This document shows positions 9,769 through 19,005 of a stretch of DNA of 64,000 nt, piece after piece. The notes under the pieces were generated by a model. It made no database searches. It was not told the origin of the DNA and saw only the letters and a list, made by a program, of their open reading frames with translations. The translations under genes and the position numbers were made by a program. Location of the stretch: IMG/VR virus record IMGVR_UViG_3300033571_024432, positions 32,001 through 96,000 of that record. One strand, written 5' to 3'. Numbering within the stretch: the first letter of the stretch is position 1; each line of letters starts with the position of its first letter. The DNA comes from a virus.

Positions 9769-10596
9769 ATGGCTATCGATCTCGCTGCTATTCGTAAAAA
9801 ATTAAATCAAATCTCTGGCGTTTCTTCAAAGAGAAACATCACATGGCGTCCTGAAGAAGGTCAAGAATATCAAGTTCGTTTGTTATCATTCCCAAATAAT
9901 GATGGACAACCATTCAAAGAAATCATGTTTTACTATAATATTGGTACTAATCCAGGTCTTGTTGCACCTTTTCAATTTGGAAAACCAGATCCTATTCAAG
10001 AATTGATTACAAAATTAAGAGATGAAGGTTCAAAAGAAAGTTATGAACTTGCAAAGAAACTTTATCCTAAAATGCGTTGTTTTGCCCCTGTTGTTGTCAG
10101 AGGTGAAGAAGATAAAGGTGTTAGAATTTGGTCATTTGGCAAAACTTTATATCAAAATATCTTAAATCTAATGTTAGATGAAGATTATGGTGATATTACT
10201 GATATTCATCAAGGTAGAGATTTAAAATTAACATGCACAAAATCACCTGGAAAGACATTTGCTGATACAGAAGTTAGGCCTCGTGCAAAAAATACACCTT
10301 TAGCTGATCGTGAAGATGCAATTAATAAATTGGTTGCATCAATTCCTGATGTTTCTGAATTATTTGAAACAAAATCATATGTTGAACTTGAAAAGATCGT
10401 TAATGATTGGTTAAATGGTGATAATGAAAAAGAAACAGGAACAGTTAAAGGTGGTTCAAACACACAAGCAAGCGACTTTTTAGAAGATGACGAAGAAATC
10501 CAAGTAAAACCTTCACAAACAAAAACAACAAAACCTTCACAAACAAATAATTCTAAATATTCAAATTTAAATGACGCCTTTGCAGATCTTGAATAA
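9769..10596 (+). CDS. Single-stranded DNA-binding protein (gp32-like)
   Basis: WRPEEG, VRLL, FYYNIG, SFGKTLY, DYGDITD...GRDL and an acidic tail ending AFADLE; lies directly upstream of recA. Confidence 0.7.
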   Translation: MAIDLAAIRKKLNQISGVSSKRNITWRPEEGQEYQVRLLSFPNNDGQPFKEIMFYYNIGTNPGLVAPFQFGKPDPIQELITKLRDEGSKESYELAKKLYPKMRCFAPVVVRGEEDKGVRIWSFGKTLYQNILNLMLDEDYGDITDIHQGRDLKLTCTKSPGKTFADTEVRPRAKNTPLADREDAINKLVASIPDVSELFETKSYVELEKIVNDWLNGDNEKETGTVKGGSNTQASDFLEDDEEIQVKPSQTKTTKPSQTNNSKYSNLNDAFADLE

Positions 10597-10612
10597 ATGC
10601 AGATCTTGAATA
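10581..10612 (+). repeat. 15-bp direct repeat TGCAGATCTTGAATA spanning the SSB stop codon
   Basis: Copies at 10581-10595 and 10598-10612. Confidence 0.85.
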
Positions 10613-10697
10613 CAATTATTCTTTATTTCTTTGCTTTTTCTTATTTTTTACTAAAATATATTATATTAAAACTACTTTTAAACAAAAGGACTTTTTT

Positions 10698-11405
10698 ATG
10701 GCCGCACCTAAAAAGAAAATAAGTCAGGATTTACAACCTGATCTAATCACTGATGACTTTACTAGTGATCTCATTAAATCTCTAAATAAAGAACGTGGTA
10801 TGCGTATTGCATACAATCTCTCATCAGATGAATCACCTACACATGTCAAACGTTGGATTAGCACAGGCTCAATTCAACTTGACTATATTATTTCAAATCG
10901 TAAAAATGGCGGTCTTCCAGAAGGTCGTATTATCGAAATCTTCGGTCCACCATCGATTGGTAAATCACATATAGCCTCTCAGATTGCTAAATCAACTCAA
11001 AGAGCAGGTGGTATTGTTGTTTATATTGATACAGAAAATGCTGTTAGTATTGAAAATCTTAAAACTTTAGGTGTCGATATCTCAAAGCGCTTTGTCTATG
11101 TCGATACACACTGCACAGAAGAAGTCTTTAGTATCGCTGAAAGTACTATCATGAAATCTAAAGCTATGCAAAAAGATGTTCCTGTAACAATTATCTGGGA
11201 CTCAGTTGCAGCAACATCACCTAAGGCTGAATTGGCAGGTGAATACGATAAAGATAGTATCGGTCTTCAAGCTCGAGCCATTTCAAAAGGTATGAGAAAA
11301 ATTACAGGTGTTATCGCTAATCAGAATATTCTCTTTGTCTGTCTTAATCAAGTACGAACAAAGATGGGTGTAATGTATGGCGATCCTTCAACAACTCCTG
11401 GAGGT
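10698..11405 (+). CDS. recA: RecA recombinase, exon 1 (236 codons)
   Basis: ISTGSIQLD, GGLPEGRIIEIFGPPSIGKS, YIDTENA, IIWDSVAA and NQVR...GDPSTTPGG. RecA similarity stops after TPGG. Confidence 0.92.
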
Positions 11406-12497
11406 GAAAGCTACGCCCCCTATTCTAGAGTATAAATAGAAAATTAATTCCGTGAATTGCTGGAAACCCTTTAGAGTCTTTATTACTACAACATGATAAG
11501 TAATTGTGAGTGTGAAAGTTTGAAAAAATAAAGAATTAGGCAATCAGCAGCCAAGCATCCTGGTGACAGGTTGAAGGTTCAGAGACTAGTGTTAGTAACC
11601 TTTATCGATTTGTCATTATTTACCACAGAAAAACGAAGAAAGATAAAGAAGAAAAGACCTATGAGCGCGGAACAAAAATATAAATGCGAAATTTGTGGAA
11701 AATATTTCAAGTCAATTACAAATTCACATCTAAAGAAACATCAAATTACAACATATGAATACAAAGATATGTATCCTAATGTTGTTTTTGGAAATTTTGA
11801 AAGATTTAATAATTGGAGAGTGTCAGAAGAGAATAAACAAAATTGCATAAAAATGTCGCAAAAAGTTTATTCAAATGATGATATTAATTCAAGAAGAGTA
11901 CAATCAATCAAAAAAGTTACAAAAAGTCAAGAATATAAAAGTAGTCAATCCCAAAAAATGAAATTAGTTGCAAAAACAGAGAAAATGATTTCTTTTTACA
12001 ATGAAGCAAAAGAAAGAATTACACCTTGGATGAAAAAATCTAATTTCGAAAGATGGGAAATATTATACGGTTTAGAAGAAGCAAATAGACGTTTAGAGGA
12101 TTGGACAAAAAGGAATGTTTTACCTTCTAATTCAAGAAATACTAAACCTGAAATATTATTCATGAATATTTTAGACAATCTATGCTTATCATTTACTACG
12201 CAGAAAAGAGTTGGTAAATATATTTGCGACTTCTATCTTCCTGACTATAATTTGATTGTTGAAATCGATGGTAATTATTGGCATGCAAATCCCGAGATAT
12301 ATAAATCGACAGATATTATTGGACCAAAAAGATTTTCAGCCCAGAAAATATGGGAAAAAGACAATAATAAAAGTGCGTATATTCTTAATAAAAATTTTAA
12401 TTTGTTAAGATATTGGGAAAATGATATTAAAAATATTTCGTATGAAAAAGTTTTTGAAGATATAGTCCAAACATCTAAGAAATTAGATGAAGAAAAG
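11406..12497 (+). mobile_element. Self-splicing group I intron (subgroup IA-like) in recA
   Basis: 5' exon ends in U and the intron ends in G. Core elements: P AATTGCTGGAAA 11455-11466, Q AATCAGCAGC 11542-11551, R GTTCAGAGACTA 11577-11588, S AAGATATAGTCC 12457-12468. P3 TTCCGTG 11448-11454 pairs with CGCGGAA 11666-11672. P6 is CCTG-GTGA-CAGG and P9 is CATCTAA-GAAA-TTAGATG 12472-12489. Splicing restores TPGG|VAIPFHSSVR. Confidence 0.92.
11661..12497 (+). CDS. Intron-encoded homing endonuclease, Vsr/DUF559-like (EDxHD family); reads on in frame into recA exon 2
   Basis: N-terminal Zn finger CEICGK...HLKKH; nuclease motifs PEILF, ICDFY, VEIDGNYWH, D and LRYWE. There is no stop codon before 13007. 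Confidence 0.8.
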
Positions 12498-13007
12498 GTC
12501 GCAATTCCTTTCCACTCATCTGTAAGAATTAAATTAGGCGCAGGTAGCCCAATTGAAGGTGCAGATAAAGAACCTATTGGTATTAATGTATCAGCGAAAA
12601 TTATTAAAAATAAAGTATCAGCCCCATTTAGAAAAGCTGAATTTAGAATTATTTTTGGTAAAGGCATTTTTGAACATGAAGAAATTTTTGATACATTAAG
12701 AAAATTAGGTGAATTTGAATATAATGGTAAAAAAGTGTGTATTGATGGCAATGGTGCTTGGAAATCATTAGTAGTTACTACAATGACAGATGTTATTGAG
12801 ATAGAAAAAAAGTTTTATAAGTCTGATTTCGATAAAATCATGAATGATCCTTTATATAAGGAATACATTGATGTTGCAATTGAAAAAGCATATACAAAAT
12901 CGTCCAATGATATTTTAGTAGAAGATATTGATCAAGATTCTTATATTGAAAATGAAGCTGCAGCGATGGCTTTAGTAGAAAATGATTATTTAGCAGGTGA
13001 TGATTGA
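12498..13007 (+). CDS. recA: RecA recombinase, exon 2
   Basis: VAIPFHSSVRIKL, IIKNKVSAPFRKAEFRIIFGKGI and GAW. Confidence 0.92.
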   Translation, partial: VAIPFHSSVRIKLGAGSPIEGADKEPIGINVSAKIIKNKVSAPFRKAEFRIIFGKGIFEHEEIFDTLRKLGEFEYNGKKVCIDGNGAWKSLVVTTMTDVIEIEKKFYKSDFDKIMNDPLYKEYIDVAIEKAYTKSSNDILVEDIDQDSYIENEAAAMALVENDYLAGDD

Positions 13008-13990
13008 TGCAAACTGAATTACTTATTGATGGTTTAAATAATTTTATTCGACATTTCTCGACAAATCCTAAAATGTCTATGTATAATGAACCTTGTGGTG
13101 CAATTTCAGGAGTTTTAGGAACGATATATAGAGGTATTGAAAAATATAAACCTGATAAAGTAACTGTTGTATGGGAAGGTGGTGGTAGTATCAGACGAAG
13201 AGCATTATATCCTGAATATAAGGCAGGACGTAAGCCATTAAGTTTAAATCGACCATATTCAGATTATGAGAAAAGAAATCCAAATGAAAATGATAATTGG
13301 GATTGGCAATTAAGAACGTTGATTCATCTTTTACCAATGTTAAAAATTGGTCAAATATATATAGATGACTGTGAAGCAGATGATGTTATTGCATATATTT
13401 GTAAATGGAAGTCTAGAGAAGATGCGAAAATTATCATTAGTACTGATCATGATTATTTACAATTAATTGATGATAAGACACGAGTTTGGACGCCTAGAAA
13501 ACATCATAATTTATATGATAAAGATGAAGTAAAATTAATGTTTGGTATACCCCCACACAATTTTTGTGTAGCTAGATGCTTCACTGGTGATACATCTGAT
13601 AACATTAGAGGGATAGTAGGCGTTGGTTATAAGTATTTAATTAAATACGCGCCAAAGATTACTGGTGATGATCCTGTAACAATTGAAGAAGTATTAGCAG
13701 AAGCAGCAATGTCTCTTGAAACAGCCAAGAATGAAAAAAAGGCAATTGTTAGATGTGAAAAAATCGCTAGTTTTCCATTACAACAAGCCAAATTGAATTG
13801 GCAGTTGATGAATCTAGATAATCCGCAAATGTCTGCTACACAAATACAACAATTAATTTATCAACATGATCTACAGAGAAAAATGTCTCCAAAGCTAGAA
13901 GTTAAGAAATTTCTTAGTAATCAAGGTTTAAATAATATTGACGTTGATTTATTTGGAATGATGGTACAAAATACATTGGCTAAAGATTAA
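13004..13990 (+). CDS. 5'-3' exonuclease / flap endonuclease (T4 RNase H-like)
   Basis: LLIDGLNNF, WEGG, YPEYKAGR, EADDVIA, STDHDYLQL and GDTSDNIRG. Confidence 0.88.
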   Translation: MMQTELLIDGLNNFIRHFSTNPKMSMYNEPCGAISGVLGTIYRGIEKYKPDKVTVVWEGGGSIRRRALYPEYKAGRKPLSLNRPYSDYEKRNPNENDNWDWQLRTLIHLLPMLKIGQIYIDDCEADDVIAYICKWKSREDAKIIISTDHDYLQLIDDKTRVWTPRKHHNLYDKDEVKLMFGIPPHNFCVARCFTGDTSDNIRGIVGVGYKYLIKYAPKITGDDPVTIEEVLAEAAMSLETAKNEKKAIVRCEKIASFPLQQAKLNWQLMNLDNPQMSATQIQQLIYQHDLQRKMSPKLEVKKFLSNQGLNNIDVDLFGMMVQNTLAKD

Positions 13991-14009
13991 AAATTATATT
14001 TTTAATGAA

Positions 14010-14038
14010 TTGTAAATGTATGTTTTAATTAATAATAT
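14010..14038 (+). promoter_or_regulatory. Probable promoter TTGTAA-N17-TAATAT upstream of the helicase
   Basis: TTGTAA at 14010-14015 and TAATAT at 14033-14038. Confidence 0.45.
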
Positions 14039-14087
14039 TTAATTTATATTATAAATCTATTTTTTTAATAATTAACAGGAAAATTCA

Positions 14088-15467
14088 ATGAATATTACTG
14101 AAAAAAGTTTTTCGAAATACGGCAAATCATTTCAAGAGAAAGTATTTCAAAGTTTATTAAGCGATCGTATTTGGGCTGCGCAAATGATTGAGGTAATGGA
14201 TCCTAGTTATTTTGATATTAAATATTTATCATTTTTGTGTGAGAAATATTTTAAGTATTATGATAAATATAAATCTTTTCCTACTTTATCATTATTAGTA
14301 ACAATTGTAAAAGAAGAGTTTGAAAAAAATAACGATACTATTTTAAGAGATCAAATTATTGAATATTTGACTAGAATGAAAACAAATCCTGATTTAGGTG
14401 ATATTGAATATATCAAAGATAAATCATTGGAATTTTGTAAAAGACAAGTTTTTAAAGAGGCTCTAGAAAAAAGTGTGCAAATGATTCAAACAGAAAATTA
14501 TGATTCTGTTTTAGGTATCATGAAAGATGCTATTGCTGCAGGTTTACCATCATCTCAAGGACATGATTTCTTTGAAGATATTCAAGCAAGATTTGTAAAA
14601 GTCAATAGATTAGCTGTTCCTACAGGTTTAAAAAGACTTGATGATAAAGATTTATTACGAGGTGGTTTAGGTAGAGGAGAAATTGGTGTTCTTGCAGCAC
14701 CTACTGGTGTTGGTAAATCACATTTTTTGGTTGCAATGGGAGCTAATGCAATGCGTCATGGTAAAAATGTTATTCATTATACATTTGAATTAACAGAGAC
14801 TGATGTTGGTTTAAGATATGATTCAAACTTATGTGATATTCCTTCAAATGAAATTGTTGATAGAAAAGACGAAGTAATTGAAAAATATAATAACATGGAT
14901 TTAGGTAGACTTGTTATTAAAGAATATCCAACAGGAACAGCAACTGTTAATACTTTAAGAACGCATATTGAAAAACTATCGTTGAAAGGTTTTGTACCAA
15001 ATATTATTATTGTAGATTATGCTGATGTTATGAGATCTAGTCGTAAAATGGAAAGTTTAAGACATGAATTAAAATTAGTATATGAAGAATTAAGAAATCT
15101 TGCAATGGATTTAAATTTACCTATTTGGACAGCATCGCAAGCAAATAGAGACGCATCAAATTCAGATGTTGTAGGTCTTGAAAATATGTCTGAGGCTTAT
15201 GGTAAAGCAATGGTCGCCGATATTGTTTTATCTTTAAGCAGAAAACCTACAGAAAAAGCAACAGGGCAAGCAAGACTTTTTGTTGCTAAAAATAGAGCAG
15301 GTCGTGATGGTATTTTATTTCCAATATCAATTGATACAGCTAAATCTAAGTTTGCAATTTTAGATGATACAGAAATGACATTGAATGAAATAATGCAGCA
15401 AGACAAGACAGACATGAAAGAAATTTTAAAAAGAAAATGGAATGAAGTTCAAAATAAGGATGAATAA
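14088..15467 (+). CDS. dnaB: Replicative helicase, DnaB/gp41-like
   Basis: Walker A APTGVGKS, IIVDYAD, WTASQANR and AKNRAG. Confidence 0.9.
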   Translation: MNITEKSFSKYGKSFQEKVFQSLLSDRIWAAQMIEVMDPSYFDIKYLSFLCEKYFKYYDKYKSFPTLSLLVTIVKEEFEKNNDTILRDQIIEYLTRMKTNPDLGDIEYIKDKSLEFCKRQVFKEALEKSVQMIQTENYDSVLGIMKDAIAAGLPSSQGHDFFEDIQARFVKVNRLAVPTGLKRLDDKDLLRGGLGRGEIGVLAAPTGVGKSHFLVAMGANAMRHGKNVIHYTFELTETDVGLRYDSNLCDIPSNEIVDRKDEVIEKYNNMDLGRLVIKEYPTGTATVNTLRTHIEKLSLKGFVPNIIIVDYADVMRSSRKMESLRHELKLVYEELRNLAMDLNLPIWTASQANRDASNSDVVGLENMSEAYGKAMVADIVLSLSRKPTEKATGQARLFVAKNRAGRDGILFPISIDTAKSKFAILDDTEMTLNEIMQQDKTDMKEILKRKWNEVQNKDE

Positions 15468-15470
15468 TAA

Positions 15471-15953
15471 ATGATTAAAGTATATACAACAGAAAAATTA
15501 AAAAAAGTTTTAAATGAAAAAAATATTCAAAATTATGTTCCTGCTTATGCTGGAGAAAGTGTAGGATTAGATTTATACGCAACACAAAAAGTACAATTTG
15601 ATCCAGCAACTTCATTATTAGGCGATAAAGGATCAACTATTCCAACTGGATTACATATTGCATTACCTAGATCATACGCAGGTTTAATTCTTGAAAGAGG
15701 TTCAATTACAAAAACACCTTTAAAAGTAAGGGCAGGTGTAGTTGATCCAGGATATACGGGTGAAATATTTGTAAATGCTGTAAACGTTTCAGATACTTCG
15801 TATTTAATTAAAGAAGGTGATAAATTACCTTTTCAAATTATTGTTGTAAAATGTGACAATGATTTTCAGGTAATTCAAGAAGAAGAATATTTAGAAATTA
15901 CTAAATCATCTTTGAGACAGAACGGACAAGTAGGAAGTTCTGATAAAAAATAA
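15471..15953 (+). CDS. dut: Trimeric dUTPase
   Basis: AGESVGLDL, ILERGS, AGVVDPGYTGEI and C-terminal RQNGQVGSS. Confidence 0.85.
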   Translation: MIKVYTTEKLKKVLNEKNIQNYVPAYAGESVGLDLYATQKVQFDPATSLLGDKGSTIPTGLHIALPRSYAGLILERGSITKTPLKVRAGVVDPGYTGEIFVNAVNVSDTSYLIKEGDKLPFQIIVVKCDNDFQVIQEEEYLEITKSSLRQNGQVGSSDKK

Positions 15954-15972
15954 ATTTATATATTGAGGTTTT

Positions 15973-17115
15973 ATGAAATATAATGGTATAGAAATTGATG
16001 TTAATTATGATAATAATTTAAGTGAACAAGCATATTCATTACTTAAAGATTATTATATGTTAGAAGGTGAAACAACACCTCAAATGAGTTATGCTAGGGC
16101 TGCATTAGCTTTTTGTTATAATGATTTTGAATTAGCACAAAGAATTTATGAATATGCAGCTAAAAACTGGTTTATGTTTAGCTCTCCAATTTTGTCAAAC
16201 GCTAAAACGCAAGACGGGAAAAACTCAAAAGGTTTACCTATCAGTTGTTTTTTAAGTTATGTTGATGATTCATTAGAAGGTTTAATGGATCACTCTAATG
16301 AATTAAGATGGATGTCTGTTAAAGGCGGTGGCGTTGGAGGTCATTGGTCAGCAGTTAGAGCAAATAGCGAAATTTCTCCAGGACCTATACCTTTTTTAAA
16401 GACTGTTGATGCAGATATGACAGCTTATAGACAAGGAAAAACTCGTAAAGGCAGTTATGCTGCATATATTGATATTAGTCACCCTGATATTGTTGAATTT
16501 TTAAATATTAGAGTACCTACAGGCGGTGATAGTCATCGTAAATGTTTTAATCTTAATAATGCAATTAATATTACAGATGATTTTATGAATGCAGTATTGG
16601 AAAACCAAGATTGGAAATTAATTGATCCTAAAACAAAAAGCGTTAGAGATACTATTAATGCACGTGAATTATGGCAACGTATTTTAGAAGTCAGATTTAG
16701 AACAGGTGAACCATATCTTAATTTCATTGATGAAGCGAATAGAAAATTACCACAATATCAACAAGAAAAAGATTTAAAGATACATGGCAGCAATTTGTGT
16801 ATAACTGGAGATTCTTTATTAACAGTTATGATTGATAATCAAATCAAAGAAATGAATATTAAAGACGTTATTACAGAGTTTGAAGAAAATAAAGATATTT
16901 ATGTATTATCATATAATATTGATAAGAAAATAAATGAGTTTCAAAAAGTGTTAGAAGGTCAATTAATGTCAGAAAGTGCTGAATTGTTGGAAATCGAGGA
17001 TGATGAAACAGGATTTAAATTAATTTGTACACCTGAGCATTTGATTTTTACAAAAAACAGAGGCTACGTGATGGCTAAAGACCTTACAGAACAAGATGAA
17101 CTGTTAATAAAATAA
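15973..17115 (+). CDS. nrdA: Class I ribonucleotide reductase alpha, N-terminal fragment fused to split-intein N-half
   Basis: FMFSSPILSN, LPISCF, GGGVG, RQGKTRKGSYAAY and GEPY...HGSNL, followed by intein sequence. Confidence 0.92.
   Translation: MKYNGIEIDVNYDNNLSEQAYSLLKDYYMLEGETTPQMSYARAALAFCYNDFELAQRIYEYAAKNWFMFSSPILSNAKTQDGKNSKGLPISCFLSYVDDSLEGLMDHSNELRWMSVKGGGVGGHWSAVRANSEISPGPIPFLKTVDADMTAYRQGKTRKGSYAAYIDISHPDIVEFLNIRVPTGGDSHRKCFNLNNAINITDDFMNAVLENQDWKLIDPKTKSVRDTINARELWQRILEVRFRTGEPYLNFIDEANRKLPQYQQEKDLKIHGSNLCITGDSLLTVMIDNQIKEMNIKDVITEFEENKDIYVLSYNIDKKINEFQKVLEGQLMSESAELLEIEDDETGFKLICTPEHLIFTKNRGYVMAKDLTEQDELLIK
16798..17112 (+). mobile_element. Split intein, N-half (105 aa)
   Basis: Block A CITGDSLL and block B LICTPEHLIFTKNRGYVMAKDL, then a stop codon. 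Confidence 0.9.
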
Positions 17116-17160
17116 TGAAATTCACTCAGCCATAATTCTATATAAAAAAAAGGAAAACAA

Positions 17161-17922
17161 ATGAGTGAAAAATTTATTATTTATATTCATACTTTTAAAT
17201 CAACAAATAAATCATATATTGGTTATACATCATTAACTATTGAAAAAAGATTGCATAAACATATATTAAATTGTAAAGCAGGTTTTGAATCAAAGTTTTA
17301 TAGGGCTATAAAAAAATATGGAGTATCTGATATTGAAAGTCATATTTTACATGAATGTAAAAGTAAAGAAGAAGCAAAAGAAAAAGAAATCGAAATGATA
17401 AAAAATTTTGACACATTTGAAAATGGTCTAAATGAAACAATAGGCGGTGATGGAGGATGGATTGTTCCTGATGCTAAACTTGAAAGATGGAAGAAAACAA
17501 AAAGTGAAAGAATGTTAGGAGAGAGAAATCCGACATATTCAGGTGTAAAGGATATTGAAATTTTAGAAAAAGCATATGATTATTTTCTTAAGACAAATCA
17601 TATGCCGATTCGAAAATGGCAAATGTTTAGTAGCAAAGAATATAATTTTCCTAAGTCATATTCAAAATTTAGATTTAGAGAATATGGCTCAGGTTTAAAA
17701 GGTTTTAAAAATGCGATGAAAGAAATATATTCTCTAAATGATAATGATTTCAAATATGTCATAACCCAAGAACATATATCAAAGTTATCCAATTCAAAAA
17801 ATGGAAAGCATTGGTATATTAATATACATACGCAACAAAGAAGACAGTGTTTTGAGAAAGACATTGATAGAAAAGATTGGTTAACAGCCAATGAGATTAA
17901 AGGATTAAAAAATGGCAATTAA
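17161..17922 (+). CDS. Free-standing GIY-YIG homing endonuclease inside the fractured nrdA
   Basis: IIYIHTFKSTNKSYIGYT, RLHKH, FYRAIKKYG, conserved E and NETIGGDG. Confidence 0.85.
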   Translation: MSEKFIIYIHTFKSTNKSYIGYTSLTIEKRLHKHILNCKAGFESKFYRAIKKYGVSDIESHILHECKSKEEAKEKEIEMIKNFDTFENGLNETIGGDGGWIVPDAKLERWKKTKSERMLGERNPTYSGVKDIEILEKAYDYFLKTNHMPIRKWQMFSSKEYNFPKSYSKFRFREYGSGLKGFKNAMKEIYSLNDNDFKYVITQEHISKLSNSKNGKHWYINIHTQQRRQCFEKDIDRKDWLTANEIKGLKNGN

Positions 17923-18013
17923 AATAAAGAAAATTGAAAATACACAAGCTGTATACGATATTAAAGTAGAAAATAATCAAAATTTCTTTGCAAATAATAT
18001 GTTAATTCATAAT
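17912..18013 (+). mobile_element. Split intein, C-half (34 aa)
   Basis: IKIKKI...VYDIKVENNQNFFANNMLIHN followed by Cys+1 at 18014. Confidence 0.9.
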
Positions 18014-18973
18014 TGCAACGAGATTCATCTCGCAACTAACAAAGATCGAAGTGCAGTTTGTTGTTTATCATCATTAAACTTAGAAAAATTTGAAGAATGG
18101 AAAAATACAACAATCGTCGAAGATTGCATCACTTTTTTAGACAACGTACTTCAATATTTCATTGATAATGCTACAGATATAGGATTAAAAAAGGCTCGTT
18201 TTAGCGCAATTCAAGAAAGATCTTTAGGATTAGGTGCAATGGGTTTTCATGCTTATTTACAATCAAAAAATATACCATGGGAAAGTGCATTAGCTAAATC
18301 TCAAAATATGAAAATTTTCACATTAATTAAAGAAAGAGCATTTTCACAGACAAAAAAGCTTGCAAAAGAAAGAGGAGAGGCCCCTGATGCTATTGGTTAT
18401 GGCGTCAGAAATGCTCATCTTTTAGCTATAGCCCCTAATGCAAATAGTTCTATTATCGCAGGTACTTCTCCGTCAATAGAACCATATAAAAGTAATGCAT
18501 ATACACATCGTACTCGAGCAGGAGCTCATTTAGTTAAAAATCGTTATTTAGAAAATATACTAAATGAAAAATCTTTAAAAATTGAAGAAGAAAATAGACA
18601 AATTTGGTTAAATGAATTATGGACATCAATTATTACAAATGATGGATCAGTTCAGCATTTAGATTGTTTAAATGAATGGGAAAAAAATGTATTTAAAACA
18701 GCTTTTGAAATTGATCAAAGATGGTTAATTGATCATGCCGCTGATAGACAAGAATTTGTTTGTCAAGGACAAAGCGTAAATCTATTTTTTCCAGCAGGTA
18801 CAGATAAAGCAATTGTAAATGCTGTGCATTTAAGAGCATGGAAAAATAAATTAAAAGGTTTATATTATCTTCGTACAAATTCAGGTGCAAAAGCAGAAAA
18901 TGTCAGTGAAAAAGTCAGAAGTGATAAATTAAAAGACTTTAAAGATACTGATTGTTTAAGTTGTCAAGGATAA
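17912..18973 (+). CDS. nrdA: Split-intein C-half fused to the NrdA C-terminal fragment
   Basis: HN|CNEIHL, AVCCLSSLNL, RSLGLGAMG, AIAPNANSS, QGQSVN, KGLYYLR and C-terminal CLSCQG. Confidence 0.92.
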   Translation: MAIKIKKIENTQAVYDIKVENNQNFFANNMLIHNCNEIHLATNKDRSAVCCLSSLNLEKFEEWKNTTIVEDCITFLDNVLQYFIDNATDIGLKKARFSAIQERSLGLGAMGFHAYLQSKNIPWESALAKSQNMKIFTLIKERAFSQTKKLAKERGEAPDAIGYGVRNAHLLAIAPNANSSIIAGTSPSIEPYKSNAYTHRTRAGAHLVKNRYLENILNEKSLKIEEENRQIWLNELWTSIITNDGSVQHLDCLNEWEKNVFKTAFEIDQRWLIDHAADRQEFVCQGQSVNLFFPAGTDKAIVNAVHLRAWKNKLKGLYYLRTNSGAKAENVSEKVRSDKLKDFKDTDCLSCQG

Positions 18974-19005
18974 TATTATAATTTAAATTATTCAAAGGAT
19001 AATTT

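Noticed and set aside
10698-11435. recA as a truncated pseudogene
   Set aside because: A complete group I intron restores an in-frame 405-aa RecA.
11571-13007. ORF-track 478-aa protein as a single ordinary gene starting at TTG 11571
   Set aside because: Its first 30 codons lie over the intron core (R element) and its last 169 codons are recA exon 2. It is better explained as intron endonuclease (ATG 11661) plus exon 2.
15973-18973. nrdA as a broken pseudogene or a contiguous intein with frameshifts
   Set aside because: IntN ends cleanly and IntC has its own ATG and an intact HN-C junction. The intervening GIY-YIG is a separate intact ORF with its own RBS.
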